A DNA stretch of 64,000 nucleotides, taken from the NCBI GenBank assembly GCA_022750115.1, contig JAKIWI010000001.1, positions 83,490 through 147,489 on the forward strand, in the 5' to 3' direction. Origin of the DNA: Thermoplasmata archaeon (GTDB taxonomy: Archaea; Thermoplasmatota; Thermoplasmata; Lutacidiplasmatales; UBA184). Both the position numbers and the translations under genes were made by a program. This document shows, one piece after another, positions 9,298-19,116 of this stretch. A model generated the notes under the pieces. That model saw only the letters and a program-made list of their open reading frames with translations, made no database searches and was not told where the DNA came from. The first letter of the stretch is position 1; each line of letters begins with the position of its first letter.

Positions 9298-10260
9298 ATG
9301 GGTCCGAACTCGATGGTGAGCGACTGGAGCCGGCGGGACGCCGACCTCGTGGAACATCGGATCGACAGCGTGTTGCGAGCGGCCCGCGAGAGCCGCACTT
9401 CGGTGGGCCTCGACAGCCTCTCGGAACTGCTGCCAACCCCAGGGCCCGAGGGTTCCGCGGAGGTCTCGGAATGGCTGGTCGCCCATCCAGACGTGGGGCG
9501 GCTCGTCGGTGACCGCGCCGCCGCCGGTCCGGTCCCTTCCCTCGAGGAAAGCCGTCGGCGGCAGGAACGCGGGCGACGGTTCATGGACGAGGCTGCGGCC
9601 GTGGTCGTCGGTCCCCTCGCCGATGTGTCTTCGCTGGTCCGTTGCGTCGCGGTGACGGGCTCGGCCGCCTACGGCGAACCGGCGCCCCAGGACGACCTCG
9701 ACTTCTTGGTCGTCACGCGGCCGGGATCCGTGTGGCCGTTCCTTCTCTACAGCTATCTCGCGGCGCGCCGCCGCCCCGCCCACGGACGCGACGACGGCCC
9801 CTCCCACTGGTGCTTCAACTACATCCTCGACGAACGCGCCGCGCGAGAGGAGTTCGTCAACTCGCGGGGATTCCTGTTCGCGCGGGAGGCCCTCACGGCC
9901 CGGCCCGTCGCCGGCGAACCCTACTACCGCGGCTTGATCGGCTCGGCAGGCTGGCTCGCGGAGGAGGTCCCGCGTCTCTATCAGCGTTGGAGTGTCGGGG
10001 GCCTTCCGCCGCTTCCCCCCCAGTCGGCCGCACCCTTGGCGCTCCGCATCGCGAACGCCGCCCTGTTCCCGCTGCTCGCCACTTACCTGACGTTGATCGC
10101 GCTCGTTCGCAACCGCCGGCTCACCCGGGAGGGGCGCTCTACGAAGCGGTTCCGAGTCAACGCCCACCTGGACCGACTGACGTACGAGACCGAACGATTC
10201 GAGGAGTTGCGAACCCTTTACACGCCCGCGAACTTGCTGCATCGTCAGGAGGCGCCGTGA
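9298..10260 (+). CDS. Pol-beta superfamily nucleotidyltransferase domain protein
   Basis: VAVTGSAAYGEPAPQDDLDFLVV matches the hG[S]x9-13DhD motif. Start uncertain (9277, 9298 or 9313). Stop overlaps the next start (GTGA). Confidence 0.8.
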   Translation: MGPNSMVSDWSRRDADLVEHRIDSVLRAARESRTSVGLDSLSELLPTPGPEGSAEVSEWLVAHPDVGRLVGDRAAAGPVPSLEESRRRQERGRRFMDEAAAVVVGPLADVSSLVRCVAVTGSAAYGEPAPQDDLDFLVVTRPGSVWPFLLYSYLAARRRPAHGRDDGPSHWCFNYILDERAAREEFVNSRGFLFAREALTARPVAGEPYYRGLIGSAGWLAEEVPRLYQRWSVGGLPPLPPQSAAPLALRIANAALFPLLATYLTLIALVRNRRLTREGRSTKRFRVNAHLDRLTYETERFEELRTLYTPANLLHRQEAP

Positions 10261-11243
10261 CCGGTTCGGCGGGGAGCCGGGTGCTCACGGGGGGGATCGT
10301 CGCCTACAACGAGCGCGACCGAATTGCCGGCGCGGTCGGCTCTCTCCTGAACCAGCGTCTGCCGCGCGGCGCCTTCTGGGCGCGGATCATCGTCGTCGTC
10401 AGCGGGAGCACGGATGGGACCGAGTCGGTTGTGCGGGAGCTGGCGGCTCGCGACCCGCGGATCCAGCTGGTCGTACAACCCGAGCGCGAGGGGAAGTCTT
10501 CGGCCCTCGCCGAGGTGTTCCGCCACGCCACGGGAGACTATCTGGTCCTCCTGAACGGTGACGCGCGCGCCGGGCGCGGCGCCGTGCGCGCGCTGTTGGC
10601 GGCGGCGCCCTCGCCGACGGAGCGGTTCGCGGTCATGGGACGACCCGTGCCCCCCGAGGGAGACCCGGGGCGCTTCTCCTCGGCCGTCTCGCTGCTCTGG
10701 GCAATCCACAACTCCCTGCATTCGGCGGTGCTCGCCGATGGGTCCGGCAACCACCTGTCGGACGAACTGCTCCTGCTCCCCGTGCGCCAGCTTCCTCCGC
10801 TCGAACGGGGCATCATCAACGACGGGTCCTTCGTCGGCGGCTGGCTCGTCCAGAATCACGGGGAGCTCCGGTACGCCCCCAAGGCCGCCGCCGCGATCAC
10901 CTCGCCGCGGACGTTCCGGGAGCACATACGGCAGCGGAGGAGAATCGTGTTCGGCCATCGCCAGATCCGAGACGAGCTCGCCGTGGAGCCGCTCACGATC
11001 GGCCGATACGCCCGCAGCAGCCCTCGGCGAGCGATCCGGATCATCGCCCGCGAGACCCGACGGCCCGGTGGGGTGTACGCGTTGGGGATCCTGCTCGCCG
11101 GCGAGACGCTCGCCGTCACGCTCGCGATGGTCGACGCCCGGTCGACGGGGCAAGATCACGTTCGATGGAACCCGATCCGGGGGCTCTCCCCCGACGGGAT
11201 CGTCGAGGCCGCCGTCCCGAGCCTATCGGCCGAAGGGTTGTAG
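10257..11243 (+). CDS. Glycosyltransferase family 2 (PgaC/CESA-like, QRRR motif)
   Basis: AYNE, SGSTDGT, GKSSAL, NGDA, IND and QRRRI motifs. GTG at 10257. Confidence 0.88.
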   Translation: MTGSAGSRVLTGGIVAYNERDRIAGAVGSLLNQRLPRGAFWARIIVVVSGSTDGTESVVRELAARDPRIQLVVQPEREGKSSALAEVFRHATGDYLVLLNGDARAGRGAVRALLAAAPSPTERFAVMGRPVPPEGDPGRFSSAVSLLWAIHNSLHSAVLADGSGNHLSDELLLLPVRQLPPLERGIINDGSFVGGWLVQNHGELRYAPKAAAAITSPRTFREHIRQRRRIVFGHRQIRDELAVEPLTIGRYARSSPRRAIRIIARETRRPGGVYALGILLAGETLAVTLAMVDARSTGQDHVRWNPIRGLSPDGIVEAAVPSLSAEGL

Positions 11244-11307
11244 AGGAGCCGAGCCCGCGCATCCGCCTCCTCAGGGTGGACCGGCGTGGTGACGGTGACG
11301 CCGTGAT

Positions 11308-12786
11308 ATGGACCTCCCACGTCGGACGCGGCATCCTCGCTCCATCTCGACGTCCGGCGAGCGGCCCGAGTTGGCGGACCGGGTCCTCCTGGGGAGTACG
11401 GTTGCGTTGACGGACTTGCGCGTGTGGTTCGGAGCTCGACCGGGCCGGTCGATCGCCGTCGTGCTATTCGTCGGTCTGGCGATCCGGGAAGCGTTCTCGT
11501 TCTGGACGGGACATCCGTACGACCTCGAGGTGTGGATCCGAACGGGGCACGCGGCGGCCGGCGGCGCGAGCCCGTACGCTCAGGCGTGGCCGGCGGTGCC
11601 CGGGGTCAGCTTCGGGTACACGAACCAGCCGCTGTACTCGGCAGCGTACCTCCCCTTCTGGCCGGACATCTTCGGAGGATCGTACCTGGTGTGGGAGCAC
11701 ATCGGGGGAGGCAATCGGTTCGTCCTCTACTTCCTCCTCAAGCAGGGGCCGATCGCCGGCGACCTCGCGGTCGCCGGGCTCCTCTACCGCTACGTACTCC
11801 GGGAAACGGGCGACGTTCGCGCGGCCCTCAGCGCGATGTCGTTCTGGGCATTCTTCCCCTACGACATCGCCATCACGGCGATCTGGGGGCAGCTCGATTC
11901 CGTCACCACCGTGTTGATCTTGGCCGTCCTCCTCGCGGAGGAGGCCCGCGCCGGCTGGCGGAGCATGGTCTGGGGCGTCGGGACCTTCGTGAAGTGGATC
12001 ACGGTCGTTTTCCTGCCGCTCGAGTTCTTTCGGAATCGCGGCCTCCAGCGCCTGTGGCCCTTGGTGGGACTGGGTGTCACTGGCGCGCTGACGCTCGTCG
12101 CATTCGATGTTCCTCACTGGCCGATCAGCATCCTCCTCCCATCGACGACCTCGTCGAGCGCGGGGGGAGGGGGCGGCATGAACTATGCTCAGCTCGCGAA
12201 CCTCTGGTTCCTCGCCGAACCGCTCAATGCGAACTCCGGGGTCACCTGGGTGCTGTCGCGGCTGTGGATCCCAGCGGTCGTGGCGGCGGGTTGGTATGCG
12301 GCGCGTTGGTTCCGGACTCCGGACTCGGGTCGAACACTCCGGGCGCTGTTGTTCGTCCTCACCACCCTGCTGCTGTTCCGCTGGGGGCTCTACGAACAGT
12401 ACATGCTGTACCCGTTCGCCCTGCTCGCCGCGGACGTCTACACGCTCCACCCGAAGCGGCGAGAGTTCCTCTACTTCCTCATCGTGCTCGCCACGGGGTT
12501 CTTTCTCGTCAACAATGTGCTCGGGATCTGGTTCGCGACCCCCGCGTACCCGAACGCGTTCGTGCTCGTGCAGAACTTCGACAGCTCGGCGACCTGGGGC
12601 ACGATCCGCTACGACCTTCTCGATGTGTTCGCCGTCTTGATGACGGCGACCCTGGTGCAGCTGCTCGTGGTCCTCGTGCGGGACGACCCGGCCCCGCGGC
12701 CCTGGATCTTCTGGCCCTGGCGACTCCGCCCCCGCGCGCCGGATCTCGCGACGCCGCCGAGCCCCGCCGCTTCGGGCGAGTCGTAA
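11308..12786 (+). CDS. Multi-pass membrane glycosyltransferase (GT-C fold, GT87/PIG-M-like)
   Basis: GHPYD, AYLP, LKQG..GD, WGQLDS and EQY motifs; about 11-12 TM helices. Start may be TTG 11407. Confidence 0.72.
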   Translation: MDLPRRTRHPRSISTSGERPELADRVLLGSTVALTDLRVWFGARPGRSIAVVLFVGLAIREAFSFWTGHPYDLEVWIRTGHAAAGGASPYAQAWPAVPGVSFGYTNQPLYSAAYLPFWPDIFGGSYLVWEHIGGGNRFVLYFLLKQGPIAGDLAVAGLLYRYVLRETGDVRAALSAMSFWAFFPYDIAITAIWGQLDSVTTVLILAVLLAEEARAGWRSMVWGVGTFVKWITVVFLPLEFFRNRGLQRLWPLVGLGVTGALTLVAFDVPHWPISILLPSTTSSSAGGGGGMNYAQLANLWFLAEPLNANSGVTWVLSRLWIPAVVAAGWYAARWFRTPDSGRTLRALLFVLTTLLLFRWGLYEQYMLYPFALLAADVYTLHPKRREFLYFLIVLATGFFLVNNVLGIWFATPAYPNAFVLVQNFDSSATWGTIRYDLLDVFAVLMTATLVQLLVVLVRDDPAPRPWIFWPWRLRPRAPDLATPPSPAASGES

Positions 12787-12789
12787 GGG

Positions 12790-13929
12790 ATGCGCGTCCT
12801 CGAGGTCACGCATCGGTATCCTCCCGCCCTCGGTGGCGTCGAGCGCCAGGTGCAGGGGCTGGCCCGGGGCCTCGTCGTCCGCGGGCATTCCGTGGAGGTG
12901 GTGACCACCGACCTCTCCCGCGACCGGCCGTTCGCCCGGCTGCCCCCCGGACCGTTCGAGGACGCAGTCCCGGTGCGCCGGCACCGGGTCGTTCGTACGC
13001 TCCCCGCGCCCCATGGCCTCGGACTCATCGCCCCGGGGATGGCAAGGGACGTGTACCGATCGTCCGCGGACGTGGTTCACGCGCACGCCTTCGGGATGGC
13101 ACCGACGTGGATGTCGGCCCTCGTGCGGCGCGTGAAGCGGACCCCGCTGGTCATCGAGACCCACTTCGACGCCGGACGTGGGACGTCCGGGTGGAGAACC
13201 TACGCCCGCGCCGTCGCGCGACTCACTCTCGCGCCGGCCGACCGAATTGTCGCGCACACGAAGATCGAGTCCGAGCTCCTCGTCTCGATCGGGGTCGATG
13301 CGGATCGCATCACCCAAATTCCGGCGGGGATCGACGTCGCGGAATTTGCGGGCCTCCCCGCCCGGACGCCCACGCAAGGTCGGCTCACCGCCCTGTTCGT
13401 GGGCCGGCTCGATCCGGAACGGAAGGGACTTGATTCAATGGTTCGCGCCCTCGCGAAGGTACCCGAGGGCCACCGACCCCGGCTCCGACTGGTCGGGGAG
13501 GATTGGGGCGGGAAGGACCCCGCCATCCGCCTCGCGGGCGAGTTGGGAGTCGGGGAGTGGGTGACGGCGACCGGACCGCTCCCCCGCGATCAGGTGGTGC
13601 GCGAGTACGGCCGCGCCGACCTGTTCGTACTTCCGTCGCTGTTCGAGTGCACCCCCGCGGTCCTGATGGAGGCGATGGCAGCGGGACTCCCGATCGTGAC
13701 GACACGGGTGGGTGGTGTCGCCGAGGTCGTCCTCGAGGGCCAGACCGCGCTGCTGTGTCCGCCCAACGACCCGGAGTCCCTCGCCGCCGCGGTGAGCCGA
13801 CTCGTCGAGGACGCGTCCCTCCGCGACCGATTTGGGCGGGCGGGGGTCGATCGGGCGCAGCTGTTCGGCTGGGACCAAGTCGTTCCCAAGTGGATCCGAC
13901 TGTTCGACGGCCTCGGCCGGGCGGGGTGA
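12790..13929 (+). CDS. Glycosyltransferase family 4
   Basis: YPPALGGVE, FVGRL..RKG and FVLPSLFECTPAVLMEAMAAG (EX7E) motifs. Confidence 0.93.
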   Translation: MRVLEVTHRYPPALGGVERQVQGLARGLVVRGHSVEVVTTDLSRDRPFARLPPGPFEDAVPVRRHRVVRTLPAPHGLGLIAPGMARDVYRSSADVVHAHAFGMAPTWMSALVRRVKRTPLVIETHFDAGRGTSGWRTYARAVARLTLAPADRIVAHTKIESELLVSIGVDADRITQIPAGIDVAEFAGLPARTPTQGRLTALFVGRLDPERKGLDSMVRALAKVPEGHRPRLRLVGEDWGGKDPAIRLAGELGVGEWVTATGPLPRDQVVREYGRADLFVLPSLFECTPAVLMEAMAAGLPIVTTRVGGVAEVVLEGQTALLCPPNDPESLAAAVSRLVEDASLRDRFGRAGVDRAQLFGWDQVVPKWIRLFDGLGRAG

Positions 13930-13986
13930 CCGGATCCGGGCGAGGGCCCGGATCGCAACCGACGCGATCGCCGCCGGCGGCCGGCC

Positions 13987-15234
13987 CTACGGCGGAGGCG
14001 GCGGTGGGGTCTTCTTCTTGGAGTCGGGCCCGCCGAACGCGGGCGGCGCCGAGGTCGGGTCGGCCGCGTGCTTGGCCGAACCGACGTCCATCCCTTCGGG
14101 GGGACCGAGCCGCGGGGGGGCCACGACGGGGCCGCCTCGCCCACTCTCGTCGATCGAGCCGCCGACCATCGCGGTGGACTCGTCGGTCTCCGCCTTGATC
14201 TCGTCTTCGATGCTCTTGATCTCGGTCAGGAGCTCCTCCTGCCGGGGGATCGGACCGAGCACGTCGTCGATCTTCCCGATGCGGCTCTCGAGCTCGTCGA
14301 GCGTGCTGAGGCTGCGGTCGGGGACGGTCCGCGACGTTCCGAGATACTCGCTCGCGCCTTCCATCAGGCGGGTGAACTCGAACGGGAACAGGATCTTGGT
14401 CGCTTGCCCGTTGCCGAGGTTCGAGACCGTGTCCAGCGAGAGGACGGTGAGGGCCTTGGCATCGAGCGTGCCGGCTCCGAGCGCGAGGATCCGCAGTCGC
14501 TGCGATTCTCCCTGGGCTTCCAGGATGGTCGCCATCCGGCCGCCCTCGGCCTCGAGGATCTTCGACTGCCGGGAGCCTTCGGCCTGCAGGATGCGAGAGC
14601 GCTTCTGCCCCTCGGCGACTAGGATCGCGGAGCGCTTCTCACCGTCCGCCCGGAGGACCGCGGCGCGCCGCTGCCGTTCCGCGGAGGTCTGCTCCTCCAT
14701 CGCGGCCTTGACCGGTCCGACGGGGTCGACCTCCTTGATCTCGACCGCCTCGACGCGGACCCCCCATCGGTCGGTCGCCTCGTCGAGGATGTCCCGGAGC
14801 CGGGTGTTGATCCGCTCGCGGTTGTAGAGCACCTCGTCGAGCTCCATGTCGCCGATGATCGACCGCAGGGTCGTCTGGGCGAGGGCGACGGTCGCGACGT
14901 GGTAGTCCTGGACCTGGAAGATCGCCTTGGGGGCGTCGACGACCTTGATGTAGATGATCGCGTCGACGTTCGTCGGCGAGTTGTCCTTCGTGATGACCTC
15001 CTGGCGGGGGACCTCGAGCACCTGCGTCCGCAGGTCGATGCGGACGACCTTGGCGAGCGGATTGAGGAACGTCAGTCCCGGGTTGATCATGCCCTTGTAG
15101 GACCCGAACAGGGTCACGACGCCCTGCTGGTAGGGATTGATCGACCAGGCGGAGCGGATCAGGAGGATGATGAAGATGAATCCGAAGACGGTGATGGCGA
15201 GGCTGATCCCGACCAGCGTTCCTGCGTCGACCAT
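13987..15234 (-). CDS. SPFH/band 7 (stomatin/QmcA-like) protein
   Basis: N-terminal TM; QEVITKDN, AQTTLRSIIG and WGVRVEAVEIK motifs; AEG repeats. Confidence 0.95.
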   Translation of the reverse strand: MVDAGTLVGISLAITVFGFIFIILLIRSAWSINPYQQGVVTLFGSYKGMINPGLTFLNPLAKVVRIDLRTQVLEVPRQEVITKDNSPTNVDAIIYIKVVDAPKAIFQVQDYHVATVALAQTTLRSIIGDMELDEVLYNRERINTRLRDILDEATDRWGVRVEAVEIKEVDPVGPVKAAMEEQTSAERQRRAAVLRADGEKRSAILVAEGQKRSRILQAEGSRQSKILEAEGGRMATILEAQGESQRLRILALGAGTLDAKALTVLSLDTVSNLGNGQATKILFPFEFTRLMEGASEYLGTSRTVPDRSLSTLDELESRIGKIDDVLGPIPRQEELLTEIKSIEDEIKAETDESTAMVGGSIDESGRGGPVVAPPRLGPPEGMDVGSAKHAADPTSAPPAFGGPDSKKKTPPPPPP

Positions 15235-15270
15235 GTGATCCGTGATTCCTGTGAATGCCGTTCGGTCGAA

Positions 15271-15741
15271 CTACGATCCCGCGGCCTCGGTGAGCGGCGC
15301 GACGCGGACCGAAGTGCCTTCTCCGCCCAGCACGCGGACCTTCGTGCCCTCCGGGATGCGTTGGTCGGCCCGCGCCGACCAGATCTCCGACTGGACCCGG
15401 ACCTTGCCGCGCATGTTGTCCGGCTCGACCGCGGTCGTCACGATGCCCGTCTGGCCCTCGAGGGAGGAGGGGATGGTCGTCATCGGCCGGTGGACGGGCG
15501 CAATGTGCCGGTAGTACGGAATGGTCGCGAGGGTCGCCCCGAGGGCGACGAGGATGACGATCGCCGGCCCGAAGATCGAGTCGACCAGGAGCGGGGGGGA
15601 GACGAGGTAGACGACGCCCGCCGCGAGGAGGATCGAGCCGGGGATCAGCAGGAACGCCCCGGGGTGGATGATCTCGACGATGAAGAAGGCGGCCCCGATG
15701 AGGATCAGGGGCACGCCGACCACGAGACCTGCGTCGACCAT
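15271..15741 (-). CDS. NfeD family protein (short form: TM plus OB fold)
   Basis: Three TMs followed by GKVRVQSEIWSARA...IPEGTKVRV; immediately upstream of the SPFH gene. Confidence 0.9.
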   Translation of the reverse strand: MVDAGLVVGVPLILIGAAFFIVEIIHPGAFLLIPGSILLAAGVVYLVSPPLLVDSIFGPAIVILVALGATLATIPYYRHIAPVHRPMTTIPSSLEGQTGIVTTAVEPDNMRGKVRVQSEIWSARADQRIPEGTKVRVLGGEGTSVRVAPLTEAAGS

Positions 15742-15801
15742 CGGGAACCTCCGCCCATCACCGGCCCGCCGCGGATAAGGATTGGGCCGAGCCCGCTGAG
15801 G

Positions 15802-16380
15802 TCAGCGGATGTAGGACGCGGTACTTTCGCGGTCGAAGCCGCGGACGACGCGGACCGAACGACCGTCACCGCCCGGCGCCTCTTGGAGGAACGGGTACAG
15901 CTTCCAAAGGTCTCCCTCCGCGAGGGACGTGGCGAGGTGTCCGGGGCCGAACGCCGCGCGCGTCACCCAGGCGGTCGCGCGTCGCACCTCGGGCTCGCCT
16001 AGGTAGCCGAGCGAATGGAGGTACTCGTGGGCCAGGACGACGTAGACGAACGCGTTGAACTCGAGCGTCGACTTGGCGTGCGAGCGCATCGCGGCGACCA
16101 GTCCCTCGTTCAGGACGATCAGGTTGCCGGTCACCGGCCAGTACGCGCCGACGGTGGGCGGCAGGCTCGAAAGCCCGAGTCCCAGGCCCGGCCGGTCGAG
16201 GCCGAGAGTGCGTCGAACCGCCTCCCGGACGATGGCGAACACGCCGTCGTAGTCGAGGGAGCGCGAGAGTCGGGCCCCGAGGTCCCGTGGCCCGGAGTCG
16301 GCGACGACCGAGGGGGCCGGGGGCCGAGCGGCGTCGGACGAAGGAGTCAGGGCCGGGCCCGGCAGGTAGACCGTCGTCAT
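15802..16380 (-). CDS. HEXXH zincin-like metallopeptidase / conserved archaeal hypothetical protein
   Basis: VLAHEYLHSLG plus a downstream Glu. ATG at 16380 with CTTATA about 27 nt upstream. Confidence 0.7.
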   Translation of the reverse strand: MTTVYLPGPALTPSSDAARPPAPSVVADSGPRDLGARLSRSLDYDGVFAIVREAVRRTLGLDRPGLGLGLSSLPPTVGAYWPVTGNLIVLNEGLVAAMRSHAKSTLEFNAFVYVVLAHEYLHSLGYLGEPEVRRATAWVTRAAFGPGHLATSLAEGDLWKLYPFLQEAPGGDGRSVRVVRGFDRESTASYIR

Positions 16381-16503
16381 CGAACTCACCAGGGCCCTCG
16401 GGGGGCTTATACCCGAGGTTACGCGCGCGCCACCTCCGACACGACGGGGCGCCATCGTCCCGTGACGGGCGCGACCCTATCTTGGGGCGCGGCTAGGACG
16501 CCG

Positions 16504-17292
16504 ATGTTCATGCCCGATGTCGAGGAAGCGCTCTTTCCGCGCCGGAAGGAGCGGTTCGAGGACCGCCGCAAGGAGAAGGACCAGAGGAAGCTCCTCGACG
16601 AGTTCTTCGACCACGCGACGCTCCTCGCGGTGTCGCGGCTGATCACCCAGGGACAGTTCGCCCAGCTCGACTACCCGATCTCCACCGGGAAGGAGGGCGG
16701 CGTGTTCCGGGCCACCGTCCCCGACGGGTTCCGGGCGGTCAAGGTCTACCGGATCGGCAACGCCGTGTTCAAGCGACTGCCGGCGTACGCCCTGGAGGCC
16801 CTGAAGCGAGAGGCCGGCGTGGGCAACTACGGGCGACTCGTGAGCGCCTGGACGCGGCGCGAGCACACCGTGCTCCGTCGTCTGTTCGCCGCCGGGGTTC
16901 GGTGCCCCGAACCGTTCGGCTACCTTCGCAACGTCCTCGTGATGGATTTCGTCGGGGACGAAGGACTGCCCTCGCCCCGTCTCCAGACGGTCACGCTCGA
17001 GGACCCGACCGCCATCCACGACGACCTCGTGGTCCAGGTCCGGCGGATGGTGAACGACGCGCGGCTCGTGCACGGTGACCTCTCCCCCTACAATGTCCTG
17101 CTCCGAGACGGCCTCCCCGTGCTCATCGACGTCGCGCAGTCGATCGAGGCCGAACATCCGCAGGCACGTGCCCTCCTCGATCGCGACATCGCCAACTTCG
17201 CCCGGTATTTCGAGCGACTCGGCGTCGACACGTCGACCGAACGATTCCTCGAGGCGGTCGGCCCCGTGCAGCTCGGACCGAAGGACAGCTGA
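16504..17292 (+). CDS. rio1: RIO1 family kinase/ATPase
   Basis: ISTGKEGGVF, AVKVYR, NVLVMDF, VHGDLSPYNVL and IDVAQS motifs. Confidence 0.93.
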   Translation: MFMPDVEEALFPRRKERFEDRRKEKDQRKLLDEFFDHATLLAVSRLITQGQFAQLDYPISTGKEGGVFRATVPDGFRAVKVYRIGNAVFKRLPAYALEALKREAGVGNYGRLVSAWTRREHTVLRRLFAAGVRCPEPFGYLRNVLVMDFVGDEGLPSPRLQTVTLEDPTAIHDDLVVQVRRMVNDARLVHGDLSPYNVLLRDGLPVLIDVAQSIEAEHPQARALLDRDIANFARYFERLGVDTSTERFLEAVGPVQLGPKDS

Positions 17293-17294
17293 CG

Positions 17295-17867
17295 ATGCCG
17301 GTGCTCTACGTCCGAGTTCCGGACGACCGGCTCGGCGTCTTGATCGGCCCCGGCGGCGCGACGAAGCGACGGATCGAGGAACGGACGAAGACCACGATCA
17401 ACATCGACCGGGAGGACGGCTCGATCGAGGTCGCCGGGCCCGACGAGGGGGACCCGATCGGCGTGCTGAAAGCGCGCGACGTCGCGCTCGCGATCGGCCG
17501 GGGGTTCTCCCCGGCGCGCGCCGACCGGTTGTTCCGCGACGATACCTACCTGGGCGTGATCGACATCAAGAACGTCACCGGACGCCACGCGAAGAGCTCG
17601 CTCTGGCGGATCCGCTCGCGTCTCATCGGGACCGACGGGAAGGCCCGCAGCCGGATCGAGGAGTTGTCGGGCTGCTCGATGAGCGTCTACGGTTCCACGG
17701 TCGCCCTGATCGGTCAGGAACGCCAGCTCGAGCGCGCCACCCGCGCGGTCGAACTCCTGCTCCGCGGGAGCGAGCACGCGGCGGTGTTCCACCTGCTCGC
17801 CCGACAGCGCCGGGACGACGCCCGCGACGACGCGAGAACGCCGGTCGAGGTCCCGGGGGAGGAGTAG
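17295..17867 (+). CDS. KH-domain pre-rRNA processing protein (Dim2/Pno1/KRR1)
   Basis: GVLIGPGG, AIGRGFSP and RLIGTDGKAR motifs; follows rio1 as is typical in archaea. Confidence 0.93.
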   Translation: MPVLYVRVPDDRLGVLIGPGGATKRRIEERTKTTINIDREDGSIEVAGPDEGDPIGVLKARDVALAIGRGFSPARADRLFRDDTYLGVIDIKNVTGRHAKSSLWRIRSRLIGTDGKARSRIEELSGCSMSVYGSTVALIGQERQLERATRAVELLLRGSEHAAVFHLLARQRRDDARDDARTPVEVPGEE

Positions 17868-17868
17868 G

Positions 17869-19116
17869 ATCGGCGCCACGGTCCGCCTCGAGGGGCCCGC
17901 CCTCGCGTGGGCCCGGGGCCATTTCCAAAGCTACTACCGGTCGACGGAGGTCCCTCCCCCGCTCCGGTTCGCCCGTCGGGAGTTCGCTTCGTTCCCGTTC
18001 AACTCGGAGACAATGATGCGCCGGCACGCCGCCTTCCGAACGCCCGAGGAGTTCCGCGACTACCTCGCGCGCGAGACCCCGCGCCACGTGTACTACTCGT
18101 CCGCCTACTACCGATACCCCGACCATCCGACGATGCCCGGGAAGGAATGGCTCGGCGCCGACGTCATCTTCGACCTCGATGCGGACCACCTTCGGGGGGC
18201 GGGCCAGCTGGACTACGCCGGCCAACTCGCGCTCGTGCGCCGTCGGGTCCGCGACCTCCTCGACGATTTCCTGTTCCGCGATTTCGGGATCGACCCCGCA
18301 AAGACCTCGCTCGTCTTCTCGGGTGGGCGAGGCTACCACGTCCACATCCAGGACGACGCCTTCGCCATCCTGACAAGTCCGGAGCGCCGCGAGCTCGTCG
18401 ACTACATCATGGGCTCCGGGTTCGATGCGCGCAGCGTCATTTCCTCCGAGCGCCCGGGAGCGCCCGCCGCCGAGGACGACGTGGAAGCTCCCTCGCGGCG
18501 GAGTCCCTCCCCCTCGTTCGCCCGACTCCCCGAGCCCGACGCCCCCGGTTGGAGCGGTCGCACGTCGCGCGCCGTCCTCGCCATGCTCGAGCGATTGGAG
18601 CGGGAGGGCCCCGCGGCCGCCACCCAGGAGCTGGTCGACGCCGGACTCACGCCGAAGAGGGCGCGGCACCTCGCCAAGCTCCTCGTGGAAGACGGACTTG
18701 GCCGAAAGATCCACGATTCGCACAGCCTCGACGTCCGTCTGCGGGACCTTCCCCCCGAGTTTCTCGACGTGGTGGTCGCCCGGGCCGCGCTCGCCGTCCA
18801 GGGCGAGACCGACGCTCCGGTGACGACCGACATCCATCGGCTGATCCGCCTTCCGGGGTCGCTCCACGGGGGCACGGGATTCCGAGTTCTCCCCATCGCC
18901 ATCGATCGCCTCGAGGAGTTCGACCCGTTCACCGTCGCTCTTCCTCCCGCCGCCGACGGCGAGACAACGGTCGTGCGGACGACGGCCGACGTGCACTATC
19001 CGTTCCCGCCAAAGCCGGTCGACGCTCACGCGGGCGCGGAGCTCGAGCTCGCGGACCCCGTGGCGCTGTTCCTCGTGCTCAGGGGGGAGGCGGAACTTCC
19101 GCTTTCAACGGGATGA
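17869..19116 (+). CDS. priS: DNA primase catalytic subunit PriS
   Basis: YYSSAYY, GADVIFDLDADH, FSGGRGYHVH and DAPVTTDIHRLIRLPGSLH motifs. PriS-like sequence (FQSYY...RREF) continues upstream of the called ATG 18013 to a probable ATC start at 17869. Confidence 0.92.
   Translation: MGATVRLEGPALAWARGHFQSYYRSTEVPPPLRFARREFASFPFNSETMMRRHAAFRTPEEFRDYLARETPRHVYYSSAYYRYPDHPTMPGKEWLGADVIFDLDADHLRGAGQLDYAGQLALVRRRVRDLLDDFLFRDFGIDPAKTSLVFSGGRGYHVHIQDDAFAILTSPERRELVDYIMGSGFDARSVISSERPGAPAAEDDVEAPSRRSPSPSFARLPEPDAPGWSGRTSRAVLAMLERLEREGPAAATQELVDAGLTPKRARHLAKLLVEDGLGRKIHDSHSLDVRLRDLPPEFLDVVVARAALAVQGETDAPVTTDIHRLIRLPGSLHGGTGFRVLPIAIDRLEEFDPFTVALPPAADGETTVVRTTADVHYPFPPKPVDAHAGAELELADPVALFLVLRGEAELPLSTG

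Noticed and set aside
9298-10260. NTase as a CBASS cyclase or MNT-HEPN antitoxin
   Set aside because: No effector, Cap or HEPN gene is adjacent; the context is purely glycosylation.
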